This document shows, one piece after another, positions 27,337-36,648 of a stretch of 64,000 nucleotides of DNA (position 1 is its first letter; each line of letters starts with the position of its first letter). The notes below the pieces were generated by a model that searched no databases, had not been told where the DNA came from, and saw nothing but the letters and a program-made list of their open reading frames with translations. A program made the translations under genes and the position numbers. The stretch lies in the NCBI RefSeq assembly GCF_058153355.1, contig NZ_CM177019.1; one strand, 5' to 3'.

Positions 27337-28185
27337 ATGGAAAAGAAATTTTTTATGGATTGGGATAATGAAATCCCGCAAGAAGAGTTTATTAACAATA
27401 TTTTAGCCGATGAAGACCTGCCTAAAATCCGCTCTCTGATTATTGGTCGTTGGGGGGAGTGCTGGGATGAGGAAAGTTGCCAACCAATAATCGACATGTT
27501 TGTTGAACATGCCGAACGCTTTGCTCATCTCGAATCCCTATTTATCGGCGATATGGAAAGCGAAGAGTGTGAAATTTCGTGGATAAAACAAGGGGATTAT
27601 TCTCGTCTGTATGCTGCGCTGCCGAACCTGAAAAAGCTGACAATTAAAGGTACTCAGGGCCTGGAACTGGGAGAAATCGCCCATGACAAACTGGAGCATC
27701 TGGAAATTATCTCTGGCGGTACGCCGTGTGACGTGTTCGCCTCATTGCAAAATGCCCAACTGCCTGCGTTAAAAACACTTATCGTTTATATTGGCGTTGA
27801 GAATTATGGTTTTGATGCATCGCTGGATATCGTAATGAAGCTGGCGTCGAAATCCCTCTTCCCGAGCCTGACGCATCTTGGCCTGGTGAACAGCGAAGAG
27901 CAAAACGAAATCGTCCGCCGCGTGCTGGAAAGCGACATTCTGCCGCAACTGGAAGTGCTGGCACTCTCCTGCGGTACGCTTACCGACGAAGGTGCAGAGC
28001 ATCTTCTCAAACATGCCGATCGCCTTAGCCATCTGAAACTGCTGGATTTGTACCATCATTACCTGACAGAAGAGATGCAGAAAAAACTGCAAAAAACACT
28101 GACATGTACTCTCGAATTATCAGAAGCGCTAACGCCTGAAGTCTATGATGACGAAATTTATATGCATGCGATGTATACCGAATAA
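27337..28185 (+). CDS. Leucine-rich-repeat (RNI-like) protein; STM4015-family-like
   Basis: 282 aa with periodic L..L.L/I units (LESLFIGD, LKKLTIKG, LEHLEIISG, LKTLIVYIG, LTHLGLVNS, LEVLALSCGTLTDEGAEHLL, LKLLDLYHHYL). AAGGAA lies 7 nt upstream. The family name is from memory of NCBI family naming. Confidence 0.75.
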   Translation: MEKKFFMDWDNEIPQEEFINNILADEDLPKIRSLIIGRWGECWDEESCQPIIDMFVEHAERFAHLESLFIGDMESEECEISWIKQGDYSRLYAALPNLKKLTIKGTQGLELGEIAHDKLEHLEIISGGTPCDVFASLQNAQLPALKTLIVYIGVENYGFDASLDIVMKLASKSLFPSLTHLGLVNSEEQNEIVRRVLESDILPQLEVLALSCGTLTDEGAEHLLKHADRLSHLKLLDLYHHYLTEEMQKKLQKTLTCTLELSEALTPEVYDDEIYMHAMYTE

Positions 28186-29232
28186 ATGACATTTATTGGG
28201 AGAGAGTCATCTCTCCCATTATTTATCACAGAAAAGGAATTCTTCGTGATTACGCTAATTGGTCATCCTGAAAGCAAACGCACATTTTATTTTTGCCAGG
28301 CAGCGTCACGCTTACAGGAACATATCAACGTAGTGAGCTATGATCAAGCACTTACCCTGCTCTTAAATAAAGGCATGGTAAAAATCGATCCCCCCTTACA
28401 TCAGGAAACAGATATTCGCTTAATTAATACGGTTAGCCAAAACTATATTACTTTTTTACAAAAAATGGCTACCAGAAGGGAGATCCGTTTTATTAACTCA
28501 CCAGAAGGTATTATTCATCTTCTGGATAAACGCCACTGTAAGCAACGATTAGTCGAACACGCGATCCCGACACCGCCAATATTAGCGGATGATATCCGTA
28601 GCTACGATCAACTGATCGCCTGTATGCGCAGCGAAAAGGTTTATCGCGTGTTTATTAAGCCGAATTTCGGATCAGGGGCCGCCGGGGTGCTGGCTTTGAG
28701 TCTACATCCCGGCGATAACCGTCAGGCGCTTTATTGCGCCATCCAGGTTGCAGGTGACAGGCTGGTGAACAGTAAACATATTATCCGCTATGAAAACAGC
28801 GGTGATATTACGTTGATTGTGAATGCTATTTTACAACAAGACAATATTATCGAACGCTGGCTGGCAAAAGCCAGAGTGGGCAATAAAAGCTACGATTTAC
28901 GCATAGTGTACGTTAATGGTGAAATCGTCTGGCGGGTTGTCAGAACATCATCACAGCCGATCACCAATTTGCATCTGCAAAATGAAGCCATTCGTTTTGC
29001 CGATCTTAATTTACCCGCAGAAAAAGTGGCTGACATTGACACGCTTTGTCTCAACGCCATGAAACTCTACCCGGACGTACACATTGCCGGGCTTGATGTA
29101 TTACTCACGCAAAACTTAACCCCCTATATTATCGAAATTAACGGCCAGGGCGATCTTATTTATCAGGACACCTGCGAACAAAATATGATTTATCAACGCC
29201 AGATTCAGGTAATGAGAGAACACCATGTATAA
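28186..29232 (+). CDS. ATP-grasp (RimK/GshB-like) ligase; STM4014-family-like
   Basis: Motifs VFIKPNFGSGAAGV, YDLRIVYVNGEIV and AGLDVLLTQNLTPYIIEINGQGDL are present. The ATG abuts the upstream stop (TAAATG). An alternative GTG start at 28246 has AAGGAA upstream. Confidence 0.75.
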   Translation: MTFIGRESSLPLFITEKEFFVITLIGHPESKRTFYFCQAASRLQEHINVVSYDQALTLLLNKGMVKIDPPLHQETDIRLINTVSQNYITFLQKMATRREIRFINSPEGIIHLLDKRHCKQRLVEHAIPTPPILADDIRSYDQLIACMRSEKVYRVFIKPNFGSGAAGVLALSLHPGDNRQALYCAIQVAGDRLVNSKHIIRYENSGDITLIVNAILQQDNIIERWLAKARVGNKSYDLRIVYVNGEIVWRVVRTSSQPITNLHLQNEAIRFADLNLPAEKVADIDTLCLNAMKLYPDVHIAGLDVLLTQNLTPYIIEINGQGDLIYQDTCEQNMIYQRQIQVMREHHV

Positions 29233-30097
29233 CGTAACAGACGAAGTCCCGGAAAATACCCGCACGGCAATCCATTCCTGCGATGGCGAAATCAATATGA
29301 ATGATTTGATAGCCAGGGAGGCGAATGTTCTGTTTGTAGTGCTTGATTCCCTGCGTTTTGATATTGCGTTTCAGGAACAAGAGGCGGGCAATACGCCGAA
29401 CATTAACCGCTATGGTCGCTGGATAAAGTGCGAAGCCGCTGGCAATTTTACCTGGCCTTCGCATCATTCGATGTTTTCTGGTTTTATGCCTAAGCCGCTG
29501 GAAGCCGCACCGGGCCATTCAATGCTCTTTTTTCCCAAAGATATTGGCTTAGGGCGTTTAGGGCCAAAAAATGCATTCGCATTCAGCGAAGAGACGTGGA
29601 TTAAAGGGCTGGAAAACAAAGGTTACCGCACTATCTGCGTGGGTGGCATCTCCTTTTTTAATAACCGCTCAGGGATGGGAAAAGTGTTCCCGGCGATGTT
29701 TAAAGAGAGTTACTGGTATCCTAATTTCTCCTGCACGGTGAAAGAGAGCATGGATAATCAGCTCACCTTAATTAACAAAAAGGTGAACGCTGAACAGCCG
29801 CTGATGATGTATATCAATATCGACACCATTCATTATCCGAATCATTTTTATATTGAAAATGCCAAACCTGGCGATACGGTAGAAACTCACGCCGCTGCCC
29901 TGCATTATATTGATGCCAGAATCGAAAAACTTTTCGATATCTTTCGGCAAACCGGGCGGGAAACGTTAGTTATTCTCTGTTCCGATCATGGCACCTGCTA
30001 CGGGGAAGACGGTAAATATTTCCACAGTTTTAACCATCCGATTGTGAATACCGTACCCTATTTTCACTTTGTGTTAGACGGCAAAGACCATGAATAA
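29225..30097 (+). CDS. Alkaline-phosphatase-superfamily hydrolase (nucleotide pyrophosphatase/phosphodiesterase-like); STM4013-family-like
   Basis: VVLDSLRFD, FTWPSHHSMFSG and LCSDHGTCYGEDG resemble the NPP/AlkP metal-ligand and nucleophile motifs. The gene overlaps the upstream gene by 8 nt. Confidence 0.7.
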   Translation: MYNVTDEVPENTRTAIHSCDGEINMNDLIAREANVLFVVLDSLRFDIAFQEQEAGNTPNINRYGRWIKCEAAGNFTWPSHHSMFSGFMPKPLEAAPGHSMLFFPKDIGLGRLGPKNAFAFSEETWIKGLENKGYRTICVGGISFFNNRSGMGKVFPAMFKESYWYPNFSCTVKESMDNQLTLINKKVNAEQPLMMYINIDTIHYPNHFYIENAKPGDTVETHAAALHYIDARIEKLFDIFRQTGRETLVILCSDHGTCYGEDGKYFHSFNHPIVNTVPYFHFVLDGKDHE

Positions 30098-31232
30098 TGA
30101 ATCGATTTATCAGCAATATATGTACAGTTACCCGCATAAGACCGCTTATCGGGAATTAAACAATATTGCTTTTGCGGATGTGAAATCGCGTATTTACGAG
30201 CATAAAACACATCTCTATATTCATATGCCTTTTTGCCAGAGCCGCTGCGGGTTTTGTAATCTCTTTACCTGCACGGGGGCAGACAATGCCTTTATCGACA
30301 ACTACATAGAAGCAATTATTATCCAGGCCCGGCAAATGCAACTTGCGCCTGTAGACTGGGCCAGTTTTACCATTGGCGGCGGTACGCCACTACTGCTTAA
30401 TACCGGGCAACTGTCACGGTTGTTTCGCGGGGTGTTTGACGAATTACAGGTCGATGCGCAGATTTTTAAGGCAATTGAAACATCGCCTTCCGATACCACC
30501 GCCGAAAAGGTCGCGTTATTGCGCCAGCTTGCGGTAAGCCGCGGCAGGGGTAATTTCCCGATAATCAATATTGATATTATTTACGGTATTCCTGGTCAAA
30601 CAGCCGCAAGTTTAATGGCGTCGCTTAATCAGGCATTAGATTATCAGCCTGACGAACTTTTTTTGTACCCGCTGTATAACATGCCGCGCCAGCCGGATAT
30701 GTATAGCCTCTATATTGAAGCCCGCGATCGCTTATTGCATGAAGGTTATACGCAAACGTCAATGCGCCGTTTTGTGCGGGTGAATAATGAGTCGACGGCT
30801 GAAAGTTGTGGCTTTGAAAATTCGCTGGCGCTTGGCGCGGGCGGGCGCAGTTATCTTGGCAATTTACATTACTGCACGCCGTGGTCGCAAAACCAGCCCG
30901 CATCGCGGCAAATTGTCACGGATTTTATCGCCCGGCCAGATAAGACCCAGATTCACCACGGCTATGTACTTTCACAAGCAGAAATGAAGCGGCGTTTTAT
31001 TATCAAGAATCTCTTTTTCTATAAGGGGCTTTCGTTACGGGATTATCAGCATCAGTTCTTCTCTGAGGTATTAAGCGATTTTCCCCTGCTGGGAGATTTC
31101 ATCAAACAAGATTACTGCCACCAGCAGGATAATCGTATTCTGCTCACCGCGCAGGGTTTAGCGCTTTCGGACCAGCTTGGCCCGCTGTTTATCTCCCCGG
31201 AAGTTCGCAGGCTGGAGACGCATAAACGATGA
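30090..31232 (+). CDS. HemN-like radical SAM protein; STM4012-family-like
   Basis: HMPFCQSRCGFCNLF (CxxxCxxC), IGGGTPLLL and NIDIIYGIPGQT parallel the HemN motifs found in the same window. It overlaps the upstream gene by 8 nt. Confidence 0.8.
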   Translation: MNNESIYQQYMYSYPHKTAYRELNNIAFADVKSRIYEHKTHLYIHMPFCQSRCGFCNLFTCTGADNAFIDNYIEAIIIQARQMQLAPVDWASFTIGGGTPLLLNTGQLSRLFRGVFDELQVDAQIFKAIETSPSDTTAEKVALLRQLAVSRGRGNFPIINIDIIYGIPGQTAASLMASLNQALDYQPDELFLYPLYNMPRQPDMYSLYIEARDRLLHEGYTQTSMRRFVRVNNESTAESCGFENSLALGAGGRSYLGNLHYCTPWSQNQPASRQIVTDFIARPDKTQIHHGYVLSQAEMKRRFIIKNLFFYKGLSLRDYQHQFFSEVLSDFPLLGDFIKQDYCHQQDNRILLTAQGLALSDQLGPLFISPEVRRLETHKR

Positions 31233-32086
31233 CGCTCAAGCAGATCCAGACGCTGATTTATCGCGGCGAGATAAAGTCGTGTAATTATCGCTGTGGTTAT
31301 TGCCCTTTTCATAAACAAGACCGCAATGATAAACAGCAGGATGAAGTGGCATTATGGCGCATGGTTGAACATTTACCGGCGCTGGGTTCACCATTAAATG
31401 TATTTATTACGCCCTACGGCGAAGCATTGCGTTATCGTTATTATATGGCGGCGATGGCGGAAATCAGCCGCTATTCCCATGTGCAGGCGGTGGGTATTCA
31501 GACCAACGCCTCTTTTAATTTATCCACCTTAGTCGCGACTTTTCAGCACTCTCAGGGCGATTTAGCAAAGCTGCGGCTGTGGTGTTCGTTTCATCCTTCC
31601 CAGGTCAGTAAAGAAGTTTTCCTTAAACAGTTACTGGCAATTAAGGACACGGGGATTACCTGTTCTGTGGGGGCCGTCGCCAGCGTAGCCGACTATGACG
31701 AATTACAGTGGTTACGCGCGCATCTTCCTCCCGATATCTATTTCTGGCTAAACGCCAATGAGCGCGATAAAAGGCCCACCAGCGACGAAAGAAATAGCCA
31801 GTTTCAGTTGCTGGACCCGCTTTATTATCTGGAAACCAGCCTCTGGCCTGCCAATGTCGAGTTTTGTCTGGGCGGCAAAAAGAGCGTGTTTATGAATGCT
31901 GATGGCGATCTCTTCGCCTGTAATATCAGCAAAATTAAGATTGGCAATTTATATCAACAGCAACTTTCATCTCCGGCTTGTATGTCCAGGCACTGTCACT
32001 GTTATCTGGCTTATCACCTGCGTGAGGATATTCCGGCCCTCTCACAATTTGATGCTGAACGCTGCTTTCGGATCTTCTCGTTATGA
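31229..32086 (+). CDS. Small radical SAM protein; STM4011-family-like
   Basis: N-terminal SCNYRCGYCPF (CxxxCxxC) and a Cys-rich C-terminal region. ATGA overlap with the upstream gene. Confidence 0.75.
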   Translation: MTLKQIQTLIYRGEIKSCNYRCGYCPFHKQDRNDKQQDEVALWRMVEHLPALGSPLNVFITPYGEALRYRYYMAAMAEISRYSHVQAVGIQTNASFNLSTLVATFQHSQGDLAKLRLWCSFHPSQVSKEVFLKQLLAIKDTGITCSVGAVASVADYDELQWLRAHLPPDIYFWLNANERDKRPTSDERNSQFQLLDPLYYLETSLWPANVEFCLGGKKSVFMNADGDLFACNISKIKIGNLYQQQLSSPACMSRHCHCYLAYHLREDIPALSQFDAERCFRIFSL

Positions 32087-32778
32087 TCTGGCGGTTAATC
32101 GCGCTCGATTTAGACGGCACATTGCTGAACAGCAAGAAGATGATTTCCCCTGCGTCTGTTTCGGCACTGCAAAGCGCACAACAGGCAGGTGTGAAGATTA
32201 TCCTTGCCACCGGACGTTCGCACAGCAAAGCCCTGCCTTATTACCAACAATTGCAGTTAACCGAGCCGATGATTTGCTGTAACGGCAGCTATCTTTATCA
32301 TCCGCGCCAGCGGCAAATATTGCGTCCGCTGGCGCTTGATATCCACAAGGTGGAACAACTACGACTCTGGTTTTCACAACAAATATTGCAGCCAAATATT
32401 TATACGTACGATGATTTTGTTTTGCAGATTAGCCTGATACACCGCAAGACTTCGTTATTGCGCCAGACAGAGGAATTTGCCCGGCAAGAATTATCGCTGG
32501 CCTGTAGCTGGTCCTGGCATCATCAACTGGATATTACTCAGGCGGGGTGCGATAAAGGCAAAAGTCTGCTCTGGTATGCCCAGCAGCAAAATATCGCGCT
32601 GGATGAAATTATTGCCTTTGGCGACAACGATAATGATGCGGGGATGCTGCGGATGGTAGGCAAAGGGATTGCGATGGGCAATGGCAGTTCGCTGGCAAAA
32701 GTCAGTGCTGACCGCGTTATTGGTCACAACAACACAGATGCTATTGCGGATTTTCTTGATGCGCAGGGTTTCAGATGA
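32083..32778 (+). CDS. Cof-type HAD-IIB phosphatase
   Basis: Motif I (IALDLDGTLLN), ILATGRS, KGKSL and FGDNDNDAGML are present. ATGA overlap with the upstream gene. Confidence 0.8.
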   Translation: MIWRLIALDLDGTLLNSKKMISPASVSALQSAQQAGVKIILATGRSHSKALPYYQQLQLTEPMICCNGSYLYHPRQRQILRPLALDIHKVEQLRLWFSQQILQPNIYTYDDFVLQISLIHRKTSLLRQTEEFARQELSLACSWSWHHQLDITQAGCDKGKSLLWYAQQQNIALDEIIAFGDNDNDAGMLRMVGKGIAMGNGSSLAKVSADRVIGHNNTDAIADFLDAQGFR

Positions 32779-32779
32779 C

Positions 32780-32816
32780 GCCTGATGCGATGCTGGCGCA
32801 TCTTATCAGGCCTACA
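32780..32816. repeat. REP (repetitive extragenic palindromic) element
   Basis: gcctgatgcgatgctggcgcatcttatcaggcctac is a typical REP palindrome. Confidence 0.8.
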
Positions 32817-32821
32817 AAAGC

Positions 32822-32852
32822 AAAAAACCTGCCATCGCTGGCAGGTTTTTTA
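32822..32852. terminator. Bidirectional rho-independent terminator between the HAD gene and typA
   Basis: AAAAAACCTGCCA-tcgc-TGGCAGGTTTTTT has an A-run and a T-run flanking a 9-bp stem. Confidence 0.85.
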
Positions 32853-32868
32853 TGACTAAAAAACGAAA

Positions 32869-34692
32869 TTAATCGTCTTTCGGTGCGCGGTTGGCGCGAC
32901 GACGATCGTTTTCCGTCAGGTGACGTTTACGAATACGGATAGAGGTCGGAGTCACTTCTACCAGTTCGTCATCATCGATGAACTCCAGAGCTTGTTCCAG
33001 AGTCATGCGGATAGGCGGAACCAGAACAACGGCTTCGTCAGTACCGGAAGCACGCATGTTGGTCAGTTTCTTACCGGTCAGACAGTTTACAGTCAGGTCG
33101 TTAGAGCGGCTATGAATACCGATAATCTGACCTTCGTAAACTTCTGCACCGTGACCGAGGAACAGCTTACCGCGATCCTGCAGACCGAACAGCGCGAACG
33201 CGACCGCTTTACCCTGACCGTTAGAGATCAGTACACCGTTCTGACGCTGTCCCACTTCGCCCGGACGTACGTCGTCGTAGTGGCTGAAGGTGGAGTACAG
33301 CAGACCAGTACCGGAAGTCATGGTCATGAACTCAGAACGGAAGCCAATCAGACCACGGCTTGGGATCACGTAGTCGAGACGTACGCGGCCTTTACCGTCT
33401 GGATTCATGTTTTTCAGGTCGCCTTTACGTTCGCCCAGCGCCTGCATCACAGAACCCTGATGCTGTTCTTCAACGTCCAGAGTCACGTTTTCATACGGCT
33501 CTTGTTTACGACCGTCGATTTCACGGAAGATAACTTTCGGACGGGATACCGCCAGTTCGAAACCTTCACGACGCATGTTTTCGATCAGAACAGACAGGTG
33601 CAGTTCGCCACGACCAGAAACGCGGAACGCATCGGCGTCTTCAGTTTCTTCTACGCGCAGCGCAACGTTGTGTACCAGTTCTTTGTTCAGACGATCCAGG
33701 ATCTGACGAGACGTTACGAACTTACCTTCTTTACCGCAGAACGGCGAGGTGTTAACGCAGAAGAACATAGAAACGGTCGGCTCATCAACGGAGAGTGCCG
33801 GCAGCGCTTCAACGTTTTGCGTGTCGCAAACGGTGTCAGAAATGTTCAGTTCGCCCAGGCCCGTGATCGCCACGATATCGCCAGCTTCCGCCAGATCGGT
33901 TTCGATACGTTCCAGACCGAGGTGGCCCAGCACTTTACCGACTTTCGCGTTGCGGGTTTTGCCTTCGCTATCGATGATAGTAACTTGCTGGTTCGGCTTC
34001 ACTTTACCGCGCTTGATGCGGCCAATGCCGATAACGCCAACATAGCTGTTGTAATCGAGCTGAGAAATCTGCATCTGGAACGGACCGTCAAGGTCAACGT
34101 CCGGCGCAGGAACGTGGTCAACAATTGCCTGATACAGCGGGGTCATGTCTTCCGCCATATCTTCGTGGTCCAGACCGGCGATACCGTTCAGCGCAGAAGC
34201 GTAAACGATCGGGAAGTCCAGCTGCTCGTCGGTCGCGTCGAGGTTAACGAACAGGTCGAATACCTGATCCACAACCCAGTCAGGACGCGCGCCAGGGCGG
34301 TCAACTTTGTTGATAACAACAATCGGCTTCAGGCCATAAGCAAACGCTTTTTTGGTTACGAAGCGCGTTTGCGGCATCGGGCCGTCAAATGCGTCAACCA
34401 CCAGCAGCACTGAGTCTACCATGGACATTACACGTTCAACTTCACCACCGAAGTCGGCGTGCCCCGGGGTATCAACGATGTTGATACGGTAATCATTCCA
34501 TTTGATAGCGGTGTTTTTCGCGAGGATGGTAATCCCACGCTCTTTCTCCAAATCGTTGGAGTCCATCACGCGCTCTTGGGTTTCGGCACGAGAGTCGAAC
34601 GTACCAGATTGTTGGAGCAGCTTGTCTACCAGGGTGGTTTTACCATGGTCTACGTGCGCGATGATGGCGATATTACGCAATTTTTCGATCAC
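32869..34692 (-). CDS. typA: Ribosome-dependent translational GTPase TypA/BipA
   Basis: 607-aa [35 protein letters not shown]... with G1-G4 GTPase motifs, matching E. coli BipA. Confidence 0.97.
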   Translation of the reverse strand: MIEKLRNIAIIAHVDHGKTTLVDKLLQQSGTFDSRAETQERVMDSNDLEKERGITILAKNTAIKWNDYRINIVDTPGHADFGGEVERVMSMVDSVLLVVDAFDGPMPQTRFVTKKAFAYGLKPIVVINKVDRPGARPDWVVDQVFDLFVNLDATDEQLDFPIVYASALNGIAGLDHEDMAEDMTPLYQAIVDHVPAPDVDLDGPFQMQISQLDYNSYVGVIGIGRIKRGKVKPNQQVTIIDSEGKTRNAKVGKVLGHLGLERIETDLAEAGDIVAITGLGELNISDTVCDTQNVEALPALSVDEPTVSMFFCVNTSPFCGKEGKFVTSRQILDRLNKELVHNVALRVEETEDADAFRVSGRGELHLSVLIENMRREGFELAVSRPKVIFREIDGRKQEPYENVTLDVEEQHQGSVMQALGERKGDLKNMNPDGKGRVRLDYVIPSRGLIGFRSEFMTMTSGTGLLYSTFSHYDDVRPGEVGQRQNGVLISNGQGKAVAFALFGLQDRGKLFLGHGAEVYEGQIIGIHSRSNDLTVNCLTGKKLTNMRASGTDEAVVLVPPIRMTLEQALEFIDDDELVEVTPTSIRIRKRHLTENDRRRANRAPKDD

Positions 34693-34843
34693 AACTTTGC
34701 CTCAGGCATTAGAAATAGCGCGTTATTGTACACGGATTAATCGCACTACAAAACAGGATCACAAACATCCTCCGCAAACAAGTATTGCAGAGTCCCTTTG
34801 TGATCGCTTTCACGGAGCATAAAAAGGGTTATCCAAAGGTCAT

Positions 34844-34925
34844 TGCACCAATATGGTGCTTAATGTTTCCATTGAAGCACTATATTGGTGCAACATTCAC
34901 ATCATGGTGCAGCCCTTTTGCACGA
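34844..34925 (+). promoter_or_regulatory. glnA upstream enhancer: NtrC-binding sites
   Basis: TGCACCAatatGGTGCT (34844-34860) and GCACtatattGGTGC (34877-34891), plus weaker copies, match the NtrC dyad TGCACC-N5-GGTGCA. Confidence 0.85.
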
Positions 34926-34965
34926 TGTTAAGCATGATAACGCCTTTTAGGGGCAATTTAAAAGT

Positions 34966-34981
34966 TGGCACAGTTTTCGCT
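34966..34981 (+). promoter_or_regulatory. glnAp2 sigma-54 promoter (-24/-12)
   Basis: TGGCACagtttTCGCT has the GG and GC elements spaced as in sigma-54 promoters, ~85 bp before the glnA ATG. Confidence 0.85.
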
Positions 34982-35064
34982 TTATCTTTTTTACGGCGAC
35001 ACGGCCAAAATAATTGCAGATTTCGTTACCACGACGACCATGACCAATCCAGGAGAGTTAAAGT

Positions 35065-36474
35065 ATGTCCGCTGAACACGTACTGACGATGCTGAACGAG
35101 CACGAAGTGAAGTTTGTTGATTTGCGCTTCACCGATACCAAAGGTAAAGAACAGCACGTCACTATCCCTGCTCATCAGGTGAATGCTGAATTCTTCGAAG
35201 AAGGCAAAATGTTTGACGGCTCCTCGATTGGCGGCTGGAAAGGCATTAACGAATCCGACATGGTGCTGATGCCAGACGCATCCACCGCAGTGATTGACCC
35301 GTTCTTCGCGGACTCTACCCTGATTATCCGTTGCGATATCCTTGAACCAGGCACCCTGCAAGGCTATGACCGTGACCCGCGTTCCATCGCGAAGCGCGCT
35401 GAAGATTACCTGCGTTCTACTGGCATTGCCGACACCGTACTGTTCGGGCCAGAACCTGAATTCTTCCTGTTCGATGACATCCGTTTCGGCGCGTCTATCT
35501 CCGGTTCTCATGTTGCCATCGACGATATCGAAGGTGCATGGAACTCCTCCACCAAATATGAAGGTGGTAACAAAGGTCACCGTCCGGCAGTGAAAGGCGG
35601 TTACTTCCCGGTTCCGCCGGTAGACTCTGCTCAGGATATCCGTTCTGAAATGTGTCTGGTGATGGAACAGATGGGCCTGGTAGTTGAAGCCCATCACCAC
35701 GAAGTAGCGACTGCTGGTCAGAACGAAGTGGCAACCCGCTTCAATACCATGACCAAAAAAGCTGACGAAATTCAGATCTACAAATATGTTGTGCACAACG
35801 TGGCGCACCGCTTCGGTAAAACCGCGACCTTTATGCCAAAACCGATGTTCGGTGATAACGGCTCCGGTATGCACTGCCACATGTCACTGTCTAAAAACGG
35901 CGTCAACCTGTTCGCGGGCGACAAATATGCAGGTCTGTCTGAGCAGGCGTTGTACTACATTGGCGGCGTAATCAAACACGCTAAAGCAATTAACGCCCTG
36001 GCAAACCCGACCACCAACTCTTACAAGCGTCTGGTCCCGGGCTACGAAGCACCAGTAATGCTGGCTTACTCTGCGCGTAACCGTTCTGCGTCTATCCGTA
36101 TTCCAGTGGTTTCTTCTCCGAAAGCACGTCGTATCGAAGTACGTTTCCCGGATCCGGCGGCTAACCCGTACCTGTGCTTTGCTGCCCTGCTGATGGCCGG
36201 TCTTGATGGTATCAAGAACAAGATCCACCCAGGCGAAGCCATGGACAAAAACCTGTATGACCTGCCGCCAGAAGAAGCGAAAGAGATCCCACAGGTTGCT
36301 GGTTCTCTGGAAGAAGCACTGAACGAACTGGATCTGGACCGCGAGTTCCTGAAAGCCGGTGGTGTGTTCACTGATGAAGCGATCGATGCGTACATCGCTC
36401 TGCGTCGCGAAGAAAATGACCGCGTGCGTATGACTCCGCATCCGGTAGAGTTTGAGCTGTACTACAGCGTCTAA
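35065..36474 (+). CDS. glnA: Glutamine synthetase GlnA
   Basis: 469-aa [38 protein letters not shown]... matching E. coli GlnA, including the adenylylation-site region NLYDLPPEE. Confidence 0.98.
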   Translation: MSAEHVLTMLNEHEVKFVDLRFTDTKGKEQHVTIPAHQVNAEFFEEGKMFDGSSIGGWKGINESDMVLMPDASTAVIDPFFADSTLIIRCDILEPGTLQGYDRDPRSIAKRAEDYLRSTGIADTVLFGPEPEFFLFDDIRFGASISGSHVAIDDIEGAWNSSTKYEGGNKGHRPAVKGGYFPVPPVDSAQDIRSEMCLVMEQMGLVVEAHHHEVATAGQNEVATRFNTMTKKADEIQIYKYVVHNVAHRFGKTATFMPKPMFGDNGSGMHCHMSLSKNGVNLFAGDKYAGLSEQALYYIGGVIKHAKAINALANPTTNSYKRLVPGYEAPVMLAYSARNRSASIRIPVVSSPKARRIEVRFPDPAANPYLCFAALLMAGLDGIKNKIHPGEAMDKNLYDLPPEEAKEIPQVAGSLEEALNELDLDREFLKAGGVFTDEAIDAYIALRREENDRVRMTPHPVEFELYYSV

Positions 36475-36534
36475 TAGTTGAAGTTGTACTACCCGGTGCA
36501 AAGAAGGCCGGGATTTAGTTGCCGTGGAAACTTT

Positions 36535-36561
36535 CAGCCCATCTCTGCATGGGCTTTTTTC
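36535..36561 (+). terminator. glnA terminator
   Basis: AGCCCAT-ctctgc-ATGGGCT followed by T6. Confidence 0.8.
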
Positions 36562-36604
36562 TCCGTAACTTCTTTGATGCTTCGCGCTTTTTATCCGTAA
36601 AAAG

Positions 36605-36627
36605 CTATAATGCACTAAAATGGTGCA
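36605..36627 (+). promoter_or_regulatory. glnL promoter -10 (TATAAT) overlapped by an NtrC operator
   Basis: tataat at 36605-36610 is immediately followed by TGCACtaaaaTGGTGCA (36611-36627). Confidence 0.75.
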
Positions 36628-36648
36628 ACCTGTTCAGGAGACTGCTTT

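Noticed and set aside
27329-27406. 25-aa ORF (MRKWKRNFLWIGIMKSRKKSLLTIF) at the head of the cassette, considered as a possible radical-SAM precursor peptide
   Set aside because: It is out of frame within the start of the LRR gene. The AAGGAA SD is positioned for the LRR ATG (27337), not for this ATG, and the sequence has no Cys, Ser or Thr-rich core typical of RiPP precursors.
32920-34413. 497-aa plus-strand ORF
   Set aside because: It lies entirely antisense to typA/bipA, which is unambiguous. Its composition is odd (V/F/R/Q/N-rich) and no SD is present. This is a typical shadow ORF of a highly expressed gene.
35026-36615. 284-aa and 243-aa minus-strand ORFs
   Set aside because: Both are antisense shadow ORFs of glnA and have no independent support.
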